Below the pieces are notes generated by a model. The model had not been told where the DNA came from. It worked only from the letters and a program-made list of their open reading frames with translations, and did not search any database. A stretch of DNA of 64,000 nt, from NCBI GenBank assembly GCA_964601905.1, contig CAZRPN010000008.1, positions 87 to 64,086 of the forward strand. The letters run 5' to 3'. A program made the translations under genes and the position numbers. This document shows positions 53,680-63,900 of the stretch, one piece after another. The DNA comes from an uncultured Haliangium sp. GTDB taxonomy: Bacteria; Myxococcota_A; Polyangia; HGW-17. The stretch's first letter is position 1; each line of letters opens with the position of its first letter.

Positions 53680-56600
53680 ATGAGAAGCATCGAGAAGGAC
53701 ATCGAGTTTCCGCAACTGGAAAAACGGATACTGGAGCGCTGGAAGGCCAGGAACACGTTCCGGCGTTCCATTGAGCGACGCGCCGGCGCGAAGGAATACG
53801 TCTTCTTCGACGGACCTCCCTTCGCCAACAACCTGCCGCACTACGGCCACCTGCTGGCCGGCATCATCAAGGACATCGTGCCGCGCTACTGGACCATGCG
53901 CGGCTTCCGCGTCCATCGCCGGTTCGGCTGGGACACCCACGGCCTGCCCGTCGAGATGGAGGTCGAGAAGGACCTGGGCATCGTCGGCAAGGGCGTCGCC
54001 GAGGTGGGGATCCACAGGTTCAACGAGGCGTGCCGCGCCTCCGTGCTCAAGTACGCCCGGGAATGGGAGAGCACGGTCGAGAAGACGGGCCGCTGGGTCG
54101 ACTTCGAGGATCGCTACCTCACCATGCAGCCGTCATTCATGGAGAGCGTGTGGTGGGTGTTTAGGCAGTTGTGGGACAAGGGCCTGATCTACGAGGGTCA
54201 CCGCGTGCTGCCGTATTCCACGGGCTGCCACACGCCCCTGTCGAACTTCGAGGCGTCTGCGGACTACCGCGACGTGCAGGATCCGGCCATCACCATCACC
54301 ATGCCCTGGATCGACGATCCGGACACGGCGTTTCTGGTCTGGACGACCACGCCCTGGACGCTGCCGGCGAACCTGGCCGTGGCGGTGCATCCGGAGATCG
54401 ACTACGTCAAGCTGCAGGATCACACCGACTCGCGCCGCTGGGTGCTCGCGGCCAACCTGGTCGCCCAGTACTTCAAGAAGCCCGAGGACTACACGATCCT
54501 GGAACGGATGAAGGGACGGGACCTCGCCGGCATCGGCTACACGCCCCTGTTCGACTTCTTTGCTGAAAAGCGCGCCGAGGGCGCCTTCCGCGTGCTCGTC
54601 GACGAGTACGTGACCGCCGAGGACGGCACCGGCATCGTGCACCTGGCGCCGGCCTACGGTGAGGACGACTACCGCGTGTGTCTGCGCGAGGGCATCACGC
54701 TGGCCGATCCCATCGACCTGGACGGACGCTTCACCGATCCGGTCGCGGAGTGGAAGGGTCTGTACATCAAGGACGCCGATCCCCTGATCATCGCGGATCT
54801 GAAGAAGCGCAAGCGCCTCGTCAAGCACGTCACGCTGGTGCACTCCTATCCCTATTGCGAGCGCTCGGGCTTCCCGCTGATGTACAAGGCCATGCCGGTG
54901 TGGTTCGTCAAGGTGATCGAGCTGCGCGACCGCATGCTCGCCTGCAACGCGAAGACCACCTGGGTTCCCGAGAACCTGCGAGACGGCCGCTTCGGAAAGT
55001 GGCTCGAGGGCGCCCGCGACTGGAACATCAGCCGCAACCGCTACTGGGGCACGCCGATCCCGATCTGGCGCTGCGACGCCTGTCGGGGGATGACCGTCAT
55101 CGGCTCCATCGCCGAGCTCGAGGGCTTGTCGGGCGAGAAGGTCGAGGACCTGCACATGCACCGGATCGACCACCTCGGCTGGACCTGCACGAAGTGCGGC
55201 GGAGGCCGCATGCAGCGCATCCCGGAGGTGCTCGACTGCTGGTTCGAGAGCGGCGCGATGCCGTACGCGCAGAACCACTATCCCTTCGAGAACCGTGAGC
55301 ACGTCGAGAACGGCCTGCCCGCGGACTTCATCGCCGAGGGGCTGGACCAGACCCGCGGCTGGTTCTACACGCTGATGGTGCTCTCCACGGCGCTGTTCGA
55401 CCGTCCGGCCTTCTCCAACGTCATCGTCAACGGCCTGATCCTGGCCGAGGACGGCAAGAAGATGAGCAAGCGGCTGCGGAACTATCCGCCGCCGGACCTG
55501 ATCCTGGACGCCCACGGCGCCGACGCCCTGCGGCTGTACCTGATCAACAGCGGGGCCGTGCGCGCGGAGGACCTGCGCTTCTCCGAGCGCGGGGTGCGCG
55601 ACGTCGTGCGGCTGGCGCTTCTGCCGCTTTGGAACGCGTACAACTTCTTCGTGACCTATGCGCTCATCGACGGCTTCGATCCGGCCGCGCCGCGCGCCAA
55701 CACCAGCGACGACATCCTCGACCAGTGGATCCGTTCGCGCGTCTCCACCCTCACCCTCACGGTGCGCGAGGAGATGGACGCCTACCGCCTGTACCGGGTG
55801 GTGCCCGAGTTGATCCGCTTCATCGACGACCTGACGAACTGGTACATCCGGCTGAACCGTCGCCGCTTCTGGAAGCCCGGGCTCGAGGGCGACAAGGCCG
55901 ACGCCTATGGCACGCTCTATGATGTCCTGGTGTCGTTCTCGCTGCTGCTGGCGCCGTTTACGCCGTTTCTGGCCGAGGAGATCTGGGGAAACCTCACCGG
56001 CGGAGAAGACCGCGCCGGGGACCGCGGTGACGACAGCGTGCACCTGCAGGACTTCCCCGAGGGGGGCGCCGGCAGCATGGATCCGGAGCTGGAGCGCACG
56101 TTTTTCCTGATGCAGGAGGCCATCCTGCTCGGCCGCAGCCTGCGCGAGGAGCAGAAGATCGGCGTCCGGCAGCCGCTGCCGGAGATGACCATCATCCATC
56201 CCGACGCCGCGCTGAGCGCGCGCTTTGCGCCGCTGGTGGGCGTGATCCGGGATGAGTTGAATGTCAAGGAGATCCGGTTCGCGACCAACGAGGGCGACTA
56301 CGTCCACCTGGACGCCAAGCCCAACCTCAAGGTGCTCGGCCCGAAGCTGGGCAAGAAGATGAAGGTCGTGTCGGCCGCCATCGCCGCGCTTTCGCAGGAC
56401 CAGCTGCGCACGGTGCTCTCCGGCGGCAGCCTCGTGATCGAGGAGGAGGCGCTGGACGCGGACTGCTTCCTGATCACCCGCACCGCGCTGCCGGGCCAGG
56501 TGGTGACCGCCGGGGCGGGGCTGTCGGTGTCCCTGAACACGTCGATCACGCCGCAGCTGCGCGCCGAGGGGCTCTCCCGCGAGATGATCAACCGCATCCA

Positions 56601-56823
56601 GCGTCTGCGGAAGGACTCCGGGTTCGAGGTCCAGGACCGCATCGTGGTGCGCTGGCACACCGACGATGCCGAGCTCGAGGACGCGCTGAAGGTCCACGGA
56701 TCCACCGTGGCCGGTGAGGTGCTCGCCGTCTCCTGGGAGTCGACCGGGAAGATGGGCGCCGAAGAATGCAGGGAATTCGATCTGGACGGCAAGTTCGTCC
56801 AGGTGTTCGTACAAAAAAAATAA
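53680..56823 (+). CDS. ileS: isoleucine--tRNA ligase (type 2 architecture)
   Basis: HIGH = PHYGHLLAG. KMSKS = KMSKRL. WDTHGLPVE. About 1047 aa without the C-terminal Zn-finger tail typical of type 1. Confidence 0.96.
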   Translation: MRSIEKDIEFPQLEKRILERWKARNTFRRSIERRAGAKEYVFFDGPPFANNLPHYGHLLAGIIKDIVPRYWTMRGFRVHRRFGWDTHGLPVEMEVEKDLGIVGKGVAEVGIHRFNEACRASVLKYAREWESTVEKTGRWVDFEDRYLTMQPSFMESVWWVFRQLWDKGLIYEGHRVLPYSTGCHTPLSNFEASADYRDVQDPAITITMPWIDDPDTAFLVWTTTPWTLPANLAVAVHPEIDYVKLQDHTDSRRWVLAANLVAQYFKKPEDYTILERMKGRDLAGIGYTPLFDFFAEKRAEGAFRVLVDEYVTAEDGTGIVHLAPAYGEDDYRVCLREGITLADPIDLDGRFTDPVAEWKGLYIKDADPLIIADLKKRKRLVKHVTLVHSYPYCERSGFPLMYKAMPVWFVKVIELRDRMLACNAKTTWVPENLRDGRFGKWLEGARDWNISRNRYWGTPIPIWRCDACRGMTVIGSIAELEGLSGEKVEDLHMHRIDHLGWTCTKCGGGRMQRIPEVLDCWFESGAMPYAQNHYPFENREHVENGLPADFIAEGLDQTRGWFYTLMVLSTALFDRPAFSNVIVNGLILAEDGKKMSKRLRNYPPPDLILDAHGADALRLYLINSGAVRAEDLRFSERGVRDVVRLALLPLWNAYNFFVTYALIDGFDPAAPRANTSDDILDQWIRSRVSTLTLTVREEMDAYRLYRVVPELIRFIDDLTNWYIRLNRRRFWKPGLEGDKADAYGTLYDVLVSFSLLLAPFTPFLAEEIWGNLTGGEDRAGDRGDDSVHLQDFPEGGAGSMDPELERTFFLMQEAILLGRSLREEQKIGVRQPLPEMTIIHPDAALSARFAPLVGVIRDELNVKEIRFATNEGDYVHLDAKPNLKVLGPKLGKKMKVVSAAIAALSQDQLRTVLSGGSLVIEEEALDADCFLITRTALPGQVVTAGAGLSVSLNTSITPQLRAEGLSREMINRIQRLRKDSGFEVQDRIVVRWHTDDAELEDALKVHGSTVAGEVLAVSWESTGKMGAEECREFDLDGKFVQVFVQKK

Positions 56824-56838
56824 CCGATGGAGGTCCTC

Positions 56839-57450
56839 ATGGTTCGCAAGTCTGTATCCACGCTGTTGTTCGCGGTCCTGGCCCTCGGCCTGTTCGGCAC
56901 GGCCTGCACGAAGAAGCAGAAGAGCTACACCCTCGAAAACGTCAACGAGGAACTGTTGGACCGGCAGAAGGAGATTGTGGCCCTGCGCAAGAAGGGCAAG
57001 CTCGAGAAGTCCGCCAACCTGGCGCTGCGCACGGGCAACGACATCCTCAACGTGTATCCGATGTCCACCATGTACCGCGAGAACGTGTCCAAGGTCATCT
57101 CCGTGATGGGCTTTCTGGCCCGCCTGTGCACGGACAAGGCCCTGCACATCCGCAACGAGAGCATGAACCCCGAGCAGAGCAAGAAGTACAACAAGCTCTC
57201 CGACGACCTGTACTCGTCCATCGACGACATCCGCAAGAAGATGCCGGGCATGCCCTCGAACAAGAAGCCGGAGATCAAGAAGGTGACGCCGGAATCCGGA
57301 GAGGACGGTGAGACGCCGGATGAAGCGACCGGGAAGGGCGCTCCCGCCGGCGAGGAGAAGCCCTCCACCGACCCCGGCACCACCACCGGCGACTCCGGGA
57401 AGGTCGACGCCAAGGACACCACCGACAAGCCCGCAAAGCCGGGCAAGTAG
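56839..57450 (+). CDS. lipoprotein with low-complexity acidic/Pro-rich C-terminus
   Basis: GGAGG RBS 5 nt upstream of the ATG at 56839. Lipobox LGLFGTAC. Confidence 0.75.
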   Translation: MVRKSVSTLLFAVLALGLFGTACTKKQKSYTLENVNEELLDRQKEIVALRKKGKLEKSANLALRTGNDILNVYPMSTMYRENVSKVISVMGFLARLCTDKALHIRNESMNPEQSKKYNKLSDDLYSSIDDIRKKMPGMPSNKKPEIKKVTPESGEDGETPDEATGKGAPAGEEKPSTDPGTTTGDSGKVDAKDTTDKPAKPGK

Positions 57451-57459
57451 TCATCACCG

Positions 57460-58383
57460 ATGCAGGGTCTGCTCTGGATTGCGTGGCTTCTCTGCGTGCC
57501 GGCGCCCGCGCCGGTCCGGACACCGCAGATCTGGCTGGAGATCGCCGACCGGCAGACCGCGGTCCAGGCCCGTTCGCTCGCCGACCGTTTTCAACCTGAC
57601 AGGCACATGGGCAACCGCACGCAGCAGGTGTTGATCGTCGACCCCGGCACGGGCGCCGAGGGGCAGGACGTGCGCGTCTGGCTCGGCCCGTTTGCCCGGC
57701 GCGTGGAGGCCTTCTCCCGCGGTCTGGCGCTGCTGGAGGATCCGACCGCACCGGTCAGTTCGTTCTCCCTGCGCCGGTTTGACGGCGTCGCGGTGTCGCT
57801 GCAGGTGCCGGGGCCTTCCCGCGGGCAGCTGCGGCTGGCGCGGGTCCGTTCGCCCTATCCCCAGCTCGGGGTCGCCCTGTTCCCGCAGGTGGCCGGCTTC
57901 GTGCATCCGGAGGCGCGGACTCCCCCCTTCTCCTCGGCCGTCGTCAAGCTCGGCTACCGCGATGAGGTCTGGATCCAGGCCGAGACCGAGGTCTGTGAAC
58001 AGGCCTCCTGCCGCCGATGGTTCTACGCCGTGACCCCCGCACCGCACCGCCTGGCTTGGTTCCTGGCCGGCCAGGTCGTCCCGGTGGGGAACATCCGCTC
58101 CCAGAGGTCACCCGAAGGTCAACTGGAACGCTACACCGCCGTGCTGTGGACCGGGCGCACGGATTCCCTGGAGACGGGGCTGGCGATGTCCTTCCTGGGC
58201 AGCCGCCGCCCGCTGCGCTGGGTGTTCCGGAAGAAGGGCTTCACCGAGGGCCGGCTGCAGCGCCAGGAGGACGGGTCCTGGGGGGTGTTCACCGCGTCGG
58301 GCATGATCACGCTGGGCGCGGGTCCGACATGGCTCCCGGTGGAGAGCCTGTTCCGGTCGGCGGGCCGGCGCCAGTTCTTCTAG
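57460..58383 (+). CDS. secreted hypothetical protein, possible N-terminal SPOR-like domain
   Basis: Signal-like MQGLLWIAWLLCVPAPAP. VRVWLGPFARRVEAFS resembles the SPOR beta-alpha-beta pattern (weak). Confidence 0.6.
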   Translation: MQGLLWIAWLLCVPAPAPVRTPQIWLEIADRQTAVQARSLADRFQPDRHMGNRTQQVLIVDPGTGAEGQDVRVWLGPFARRVEAFSRGLALLEDPTAPVSSFSLRRFDGVAVSLQVPGPSRGQLRLARVRSPYPQLGVALFPQVAGFVHPEARTPPFSSAVVKLGYRDEVWIQAETEVCEQASCRRWFYAVTPAPHRLAWFLAGQVVPVGNIRSQRSPEGQLERYTAVLWTGRTDSLETGLAMSFLGSRRPLRWVFRKKGFTEGRLQRQEDGSWGVFTASGMITLGAGPTWLPVESLFRSAGRRQFF

Positions 58384-58397
58384 GTATCGCGGAGGCA

Positions 58398-58961
58398 ATG
58401 ATGTCCATTTCCAAGGTCCAGTCCGGCATGTCGTTTTCGCGCAACTTCAAGGTGCGTCCAGAGTGGGCCGCCGACCGCATGGGCAGCGGTCACGTGCCCG
58501 TGCTCTCCACTGCCGCGCTCGTGCTGGCCATGGAGAACACCGCGGCCTCCTCCATTCTTCCCTATCTCGAGGAGGGCACCACCTCGGTGGGCTCGCGCGT
58601 CGAGGTCGTCCACCTTTATCCCACGCCGGTGGGTGAGTTCTTCACCGTCGACCTGGTGGTCGTGAAGGTGGGGAAGAGCCGGATCGACTTCACCATGACC
58701 GCACATGACGAACACCGCGTGATCTCCACGGGCTTCCATCGCCGGCACGTGGTGGACACCGCCATGTTCCTGGAAAAACTTCAGGTTCCTGCGGATGAGG
58801 CCGTCCGGGAACGCGACGGGGTGGGGCTTGGCGTCGGGATCGGGATCGGCGCGGCGGGGATTCCCGAAGCCGGTCAGAGCCAGACGGCCGACACCGAGGC
58901 GCTCCGGCGACGCCGGGATCTCGACAGGGACGATTTCAATGACAACGACACGATTTTCTAA
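58398..58961 (+). CDS. hotdog-fold thioesterase family protein with low-complexity C-terminal tail
   Basis: GGAGG RBS, ATG at 58398. Core GSGHVPVLSTAALVLAMENTAA...SVGSRVEVVHLYPTPVG...VKVGKSRIDFTMTAHD resembles fluoroacetyl-CoA-thioesterase-like hotdog proteins. Confidence 0.65.
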   Translation: MMSISKVQSGMSFSRNFKVRPEWAADRMGSGHVPVLSTAALVLAMENTAASSILPYLEEGTTSVGSRVEVVHLYPTPVGEFFTVDLVVVKVGKSRIDFTMTAHDEHRVISTGFHRRHVVDTAMFLEKLQVPADEAVRERDGVGLGVGIGIGAAGIPEAGQSQTADTEALRRRRDLDRDDFNDNDTIF

Positions 58962-58974
58962 AAGGGGGGCTGAC

Positions 58975-59871
58975 ATGCGGATCCTGATTCTGCTGCATTC
59001 GACGACCGGAAACACCCGCCTGATGATGCGGCACGCCTGTCGCGTCTTCGAGCGCCAGGGCCACGTCACCGAACTGTTCGATGTGACGAAGGGACCCTGC
59101 CCCGACCCCAATGAATTCGACCTGCTCGGCGTGGCCAACTCGACGATGTACTTTCGGGGCACGCTCACCATGGATCGCGTGCTGATCAACCTTCCGCCTG
59201 CCCGGCGTCCCCATCATCCGGCGTTTTTGTACGCCACCTGCGGCGGGGAACCCGGGGCCCAGTTCGACATCTACGCCGACCTCCTGGCGCAGAAGGGCTT
59301 TGCGGTCATCGGTGCGAAGTACAACCTCGCGCCGTCGAACTATCCGCACCACCGCTTCGTGGCCGATCGCACCAGCGGCCTGAACGCCGTGGCGCTCCGG
59401 ATCGCGGCCCTTTCGACCCATGTCCGGCCTCTGGTGGGACTGCTGAACAACGCGGTGCTCGAGCCGACACGGGCCGACCGGGACGCCCTGGACACCTGGT
59501 GCGGCCAGGTGCTCGAGGCGGCCTCGGCCCCCGAGATCCGTCCCCTGCCGGTGGAACAGCTCAATCCCTGCCTTCCCGGGGTGAAGGCCATGGGGTTTTC
59601 CATGACCCGGTGGAAGATCGCCCAGTTCACCAGGCTCACGGTCGATGCGGGAAAATGCAACGCCTGCGGCGTCTGTGAAAAAGTGTGTCCGGAGCGGGTC
59701 ATCACGTTCGGCCAGGACGCCCAGGTCCCCAGCTTCGGCCCGGGCTGCTCGGGCTGCTACACCTGCTACAACCACTGCCCGGAAGGCGCGATCCGCACCG
59801 CGCCGCTGCCCGCGGGCGCCGGCCGCTACCGCGGTCCTTCCAGGGAGATGCGAGACCTGTTCGAAGGCTGA
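58975..59871 (+). CDS. flavodoxin-like domain fused to a 2x[4Fe-4S] ferredoxin domain (EFR1-like)
   Basis: MRILILLHSTTGNTR flavodoxin start. CNACGVCEKVCP and CSGCYTCYNHCP clusters. Confidence 0.8.
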   Translation: MRILILLHSTTGNTRLMMRHACRVFERQGHVTELFDVTKGPCPDPNEFDLLGVANSTMYFRGTLTMDRVLINLPPARRPHHPAFLYATCGGEPGAQFDIYADLLAQKGFAVIGAKYNLAPSNYPHHRFVADRTSGLNAVALRIAALSTHVRPLVGLLNNAVLEPTRADRDALDTWCGQVLEAASAPEIRPLPVEQLNPCLPGVKAMGFSMTRWKIAQFTRLTVDAGKCNACGVCEKVCPERVITFGQDAQVPSFGPGCSGCYTCYNHCPEGAIRTAPLPAGAGRYRGPSREMRDLFEG

Positions 59872-59918
59872 TCGGGCCGGAACAGCCCGCAGAAGGCGGG
59901 ATGGAGAAAAGCCGGTTC

Positions 59919-60971
59919 TCAGCGCACGAACAAGGCCGTGGCGTTGAGCTCGACGAACCTCACCGGGGAACCATGCAGCAGGAAGAGGAAGTCACCCACG
60001 AGGGCCGCGCCGGCCGAGGCGTCCCAACGGACGTGGGTCTCCACCGGCAGGTCGACGGAGGGTTCCAGGAGCCGGGCCCGCTGCAGATCCACCACACGGC
60101 ACCGCTGGCCCGCGTACTCGGGCTCCGGATCGGACACGCACCAGACCGCGAAACGTCCGTCGGCGGACCGGCCCTCGAATTGGATCCGGCAGGACGCAGG
60201 TTCGTCCTCATCGGGCATGAGCGAGACGACCTTCCCCGTCGTGTCCTGGCGGATCGCGCAGGCGCTCTCGTCGGGACTCCAGCCGGAGGCCGCAGGCGCG
60301 TGCGTCAGCGGGGCCACCACGCTGCAGACCGGTGGTTCAACAGGACGCTCCGCCTGATGGCCGTCGTCCTTCACGCACACGGATTTCACCGTGCCGTCAT
60401 CGGGGTTGACGGAGATGTTGCAGGCCCTGTGGGTGTCGGGCTCCGGAGCGTCCCGCAGCACCGCACAGAGCAGCTTTTTTTCCGGATCCTCGCCGAGGTC
60501 TCCATCCTGCAGCACGTGCTGCTCGAAGGGCGGTGCGAACGAGCACAGGGGGCCCGCCCCGAGGGAGGCGATCCTGCGAAGCGCCGGTTTTTCCATGGGA
60601 ATGACGTGCAGATCCTGCTGGTACAGCACGAAGACCGAGCGCAGCCGGGCGGAGAAGAACGCGGCCGCGACACGGGCGGGCTGGCCATCCTCAGGCGGCG
60701 CGGGAGCCGGGGAGTAGAAGATCTGCCGGGCCTCGGCGTCGAGCAGGAGCCAGCCGCCCCGATCCTGCAGGAAGACCAGCGGCTCCCCGACAGGACCGGA
60801 CTCCCTGATCTGAAGGCGACGGGGGGCTTCGGGATCGGCCACGGGCGCGGCCCGGCCGGGTCCAGAATGGTGGACGGGCAGGAAGACCTCCCAGTCATCC
60901 ATCGGCTTTTTTGGCTGACAGGCGCAGATCAGGAGCGCAAGGCACAGGGGAAAAGACCAGCGAAGTTGCAT
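59919..60971 (-). CDS. lipoprotein, function unknown
   Basis: ATG at 60971. Lipobox LALLICAC. Cys-rich beta protein. Confidence 0.7.
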   Translation of the reverse strand: MQLRWSFPLCLALLICACQPKKPMDDWEVFLPVHHSGPGRAAPVADPEAPRRLQIRESGPVGEPLVFLQDRGGWLLLDAEARQIFYSPAPAPPEDGQPARVAAAFFSARLRSVFVLYQQDLHVIPMEKPALRRIASLGAGPLCSFAPPFEQHVLQDGDLGEDPEKKLLCAVLRDAPEPDTHRACNISVNPDDGTVKSVCVKDDGHQAERPVEPPVCSVVAPLTHAPAASGWSPDESACAIRQDTTGKVVSLMPDEDEPASCRIQFEGRSADGRFAVWCVSDPEPEYAGQRCRVVDLQRARLLEPSVDLPVETHVRWDASAGAALVGDFLFLLHGSPVRFVELNATALFVR

Positions 60972-60978
60972 GAGAGCC

Positions 60979-63900
60979 TCAGTTCACGGGCACCAACACT
61001 ACCGGCAGTGTCTCATATTCGTCAAAAAGCTGGACGAAGGCGGAGAACGCCTTCCAGTTTGAGACGGGCACCACGCGCTGCCGGATGGACTTCTCCAGGA
61101 TCAGGCGCGCCGAGCGTCCCGGGCCGGGCACGAGCCGGCGATGCAGGCGGCCGAACTCCGACTCGAGGTTCAGGTCCGGCGCGGACTCTATCCGCATTCC
61201 GGCGGGCGGCTCGATGGTCATCTCCAGCTTCGTGTCCGGCATCGCGTTGGGCAGGAAATCGGTCGTGCGCGGCAGGAACACCCCGAACCGCCTGCGGAGA
61301 TTCCATGGGAACGGGAAGCGGCGCATCTCCAGGGTCGAACCATCGGCCACGGCGCACACGGAGGGTGCGGAAAAGACGTAGCTTGCCACCAGCTCGTCGC
61401 GATCCGGCGGGGGGCGTTTCCAGTCCAGCTGAACCAGGTGTGAGCCGGGGAAATATCGCTGCAGCGAGTCCACCTGGATCTGCTCTCGCAGGGCGCCGGG
61501 CGAGAGGCTCACGAATTGCTCGAGCTTCTGAACCGCGTGGAAGCCGCGGCTCGTCTCAAAGACCTCGATGCGGGCGCTCCGGTCCGGAGCCAGCCTTGCG
61601 CGAACCTGCAGGAGGCGGGTCTGGGGAGGGGCCGCGCTGAGGCGGACCGTCGCCGGAGAGTCCGACAGGACCACGGCCTCCGAGCCGCCGGTGGCCGGCA
61701 CCATCTGCCCGGGCGGCAGGTGGGGAAAGCGCATGTCGATGAAGCCGAAGCCGGGGACCTCCAGCAGCCAGATGGGGAACTCATCCGGGTCCGGCCAGGC
61801 GATCGGACCCGGGTCGACCGTGGGCTCCCCCTCGAGCCGCGAGGCCCTCGCCAGCAGCATCCGCACCGTCGTGCCCTGGTGGCGAAGCAGCGCGTGGAGC
61901 AGGTGGATCCTGGAGCCGGCGCGACGCTGGAGGATGTGCGCCGGTCGCGTGACGGAGCGATCGTCGCGGATCCGGTCCAGCACCCAGCGGGCGGTGTCAG
62001 CCACGCAGGAGGGTCCTTTGCGCGGACACAACTGGCGGGCCAGTTGGGCCAACTCCAGGCTGTCCCAGTCCGGCCAGGGCGTCTCCTCGGCCAGCAGCGC
62101 GAACAGATCCCGTTGCGTGAAGCCGGCGTGGACCTGGATCGACGGGGAGACGTACCTCGCCATGCGAAGCTCGGCGGGCAAACGCTCGCGCGTCCAGGCC
62201 GAGATCTGCAGATGCACGCCTTCAGGGTCGGCGGTGCGCCTGATCTCAGGCAGGGGGCCATCGGGACGAAGCACCAGCGGCAGACCGGCCGGTGCGTGGA
62301 CGATCCACTCTGAAAGCACGGTGGGGAAGGCCCGGTGGGAGAAGTGGAAGCGGTGGCCCCAGGTGCGTCCGGGAAGGCCCGGAACCGGCGGGATCACACG
62401 CAGGTACGAGAAGGACACGATGTCGCCGGGCTCCAGATTCCGCAGCGAGAAGCTGGACTTCTGGGGTGTGGAGGAGGGTGGATACACGCTGCCGTCGGAC
62501 TTGAGCGTGGACACGTCGAGCACGATGGCGTCTTCCGGGAGCTCCAGCTCGCCGAGCTCCTCGACGGCCACCGGCGTGTTCAGGCGGACCCATCGCGTGA
62601 CGCGGACGAAGCCGCCACCGCTTTCGGACAGGTACTGCTCCTCCCGGTTGAGCAGGAAGACCGCCGGGGCGCCGCCTCCCCAGTTCAGATCCAGCAGCGC
62701 CTTCAGATCGGGCAGGGGAGCCGGTCGGAAGTGCGGTGAGGTCCAGTACAGGAGCAGGGCGTCGCGGTGCGTCGGAAACCGTCGCACGTGGCCGGCCAGC
62801 TCCTGGAACAGACCGGCAGGATCATGACCCATCGCCGTGCGCACGTCGAGCCGGCGCAGGAAGGCCGACTCGGAGCCGGGTTCGTCATCCAGCTGGCGGT
62901 CCGTCCAATGCAGGGCGCATTCGAGATCCCGCAGCCCCAGGCACGCTGCGGAAAGAGCAGAGAAGAGCGTCTCGTACGCGAAGCCTTCGGTGGCCAGCCG
63001 CCGGCCCTCGACGAGCGCTTCGGAGAACTGGCGCATCTGCAGATGGTACTGCAGCAGGTCCGGCAGGTCCGGTCGCAGGGTCAGGGCCGGCTTCAGGCGT
63101 GCCAGCGCCAGCCTGGGATCAGTGCGCAGCACGGCGGCCGCCGCCGTGAGAAACACCCGGTGGTGACCGGAGGAAGCCAGGAGTCCGGCCAGCGGGGGCC
63201 CGGGCGCGGGCAGCCCGGTCTCGAGCGCCAGGCGCGCCCGTTCGACGATGGCCCAGGCAGAGGTGAGCCTGCCGAGCTTCTCCAGGGCACGCTCGGGATG
63301 TCCGTCGGCCTCGTCCATGCGGGCCTGCTCCGAGAGCGACCAGCCGTCGTCCGCCCGCGTGGCCGTCTGTAGAAGGGCCAGTCGTCGTGCGGTCTCGGGC
63401 AGCAGCGTGGGATCCGCCAGGATCGCCCGTGTGAGCACGGCGCGGGCAAACACCAGGCTGGAATTGCGGGAGATCAGCAGGGCCAGCGCTTCCCGTGGAC
63501 CGGAGTAGGATCCCGCCTCCGCCCCCAGCGCGGCGTCGACGAGCCCGGAGAACGGGGTGAGCCAGGGCGGGAGGCGATTGGAAATGGTCGCCGGGGGCAC
63601 CGGGTCGACGCCAAGGGAGCAGAGGGACGAGGGCACCAGGCGGATACGGGGGTGTCCGGACCGGCTCGTGGCCACCAGGGAAATCACCAGGTCGCGGTTG
63701 CCGGTGAAGGCGGGAAGCGGCAGCCGCCACAGCCCTCCCTCCACCCCGGGCGTCCGGGCGGACTCGGCCTCGATCAAGCCCTCCAGACGGACGGAGGCGG
63801 GACCCTGTGGACGCAACTCCAGCAGGATCGGGCCTGGGCTGGCGCAGGAAAGGGGAAGCGTCAGGGATACGCGCTCAGGGTGTCCGGAGCGGGAGATCAG

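Noticed and set aside
54133-57147. Very long antisense ORFs: 54133-57147 (1004 aa); 37728-40448 (906 aa); 50952-53468 (838 aa); 35328-37430 (700 aa); 59685-61640, 16004-17908 and 14325-16190 (620-650 aa each); 26761-28392; 33373-34911; 31997-33349; 2941-4371
   Set aside because: They lie opposite genes with strong family motifs (ileS, kinases, gcvP, beta-lactamase and others). Their translations are Arg/Gly/Ala/Pro/His-rich with no recognisable motifs, which is typical of shadow ORFs in high-GC DNA where stop codons are rare.
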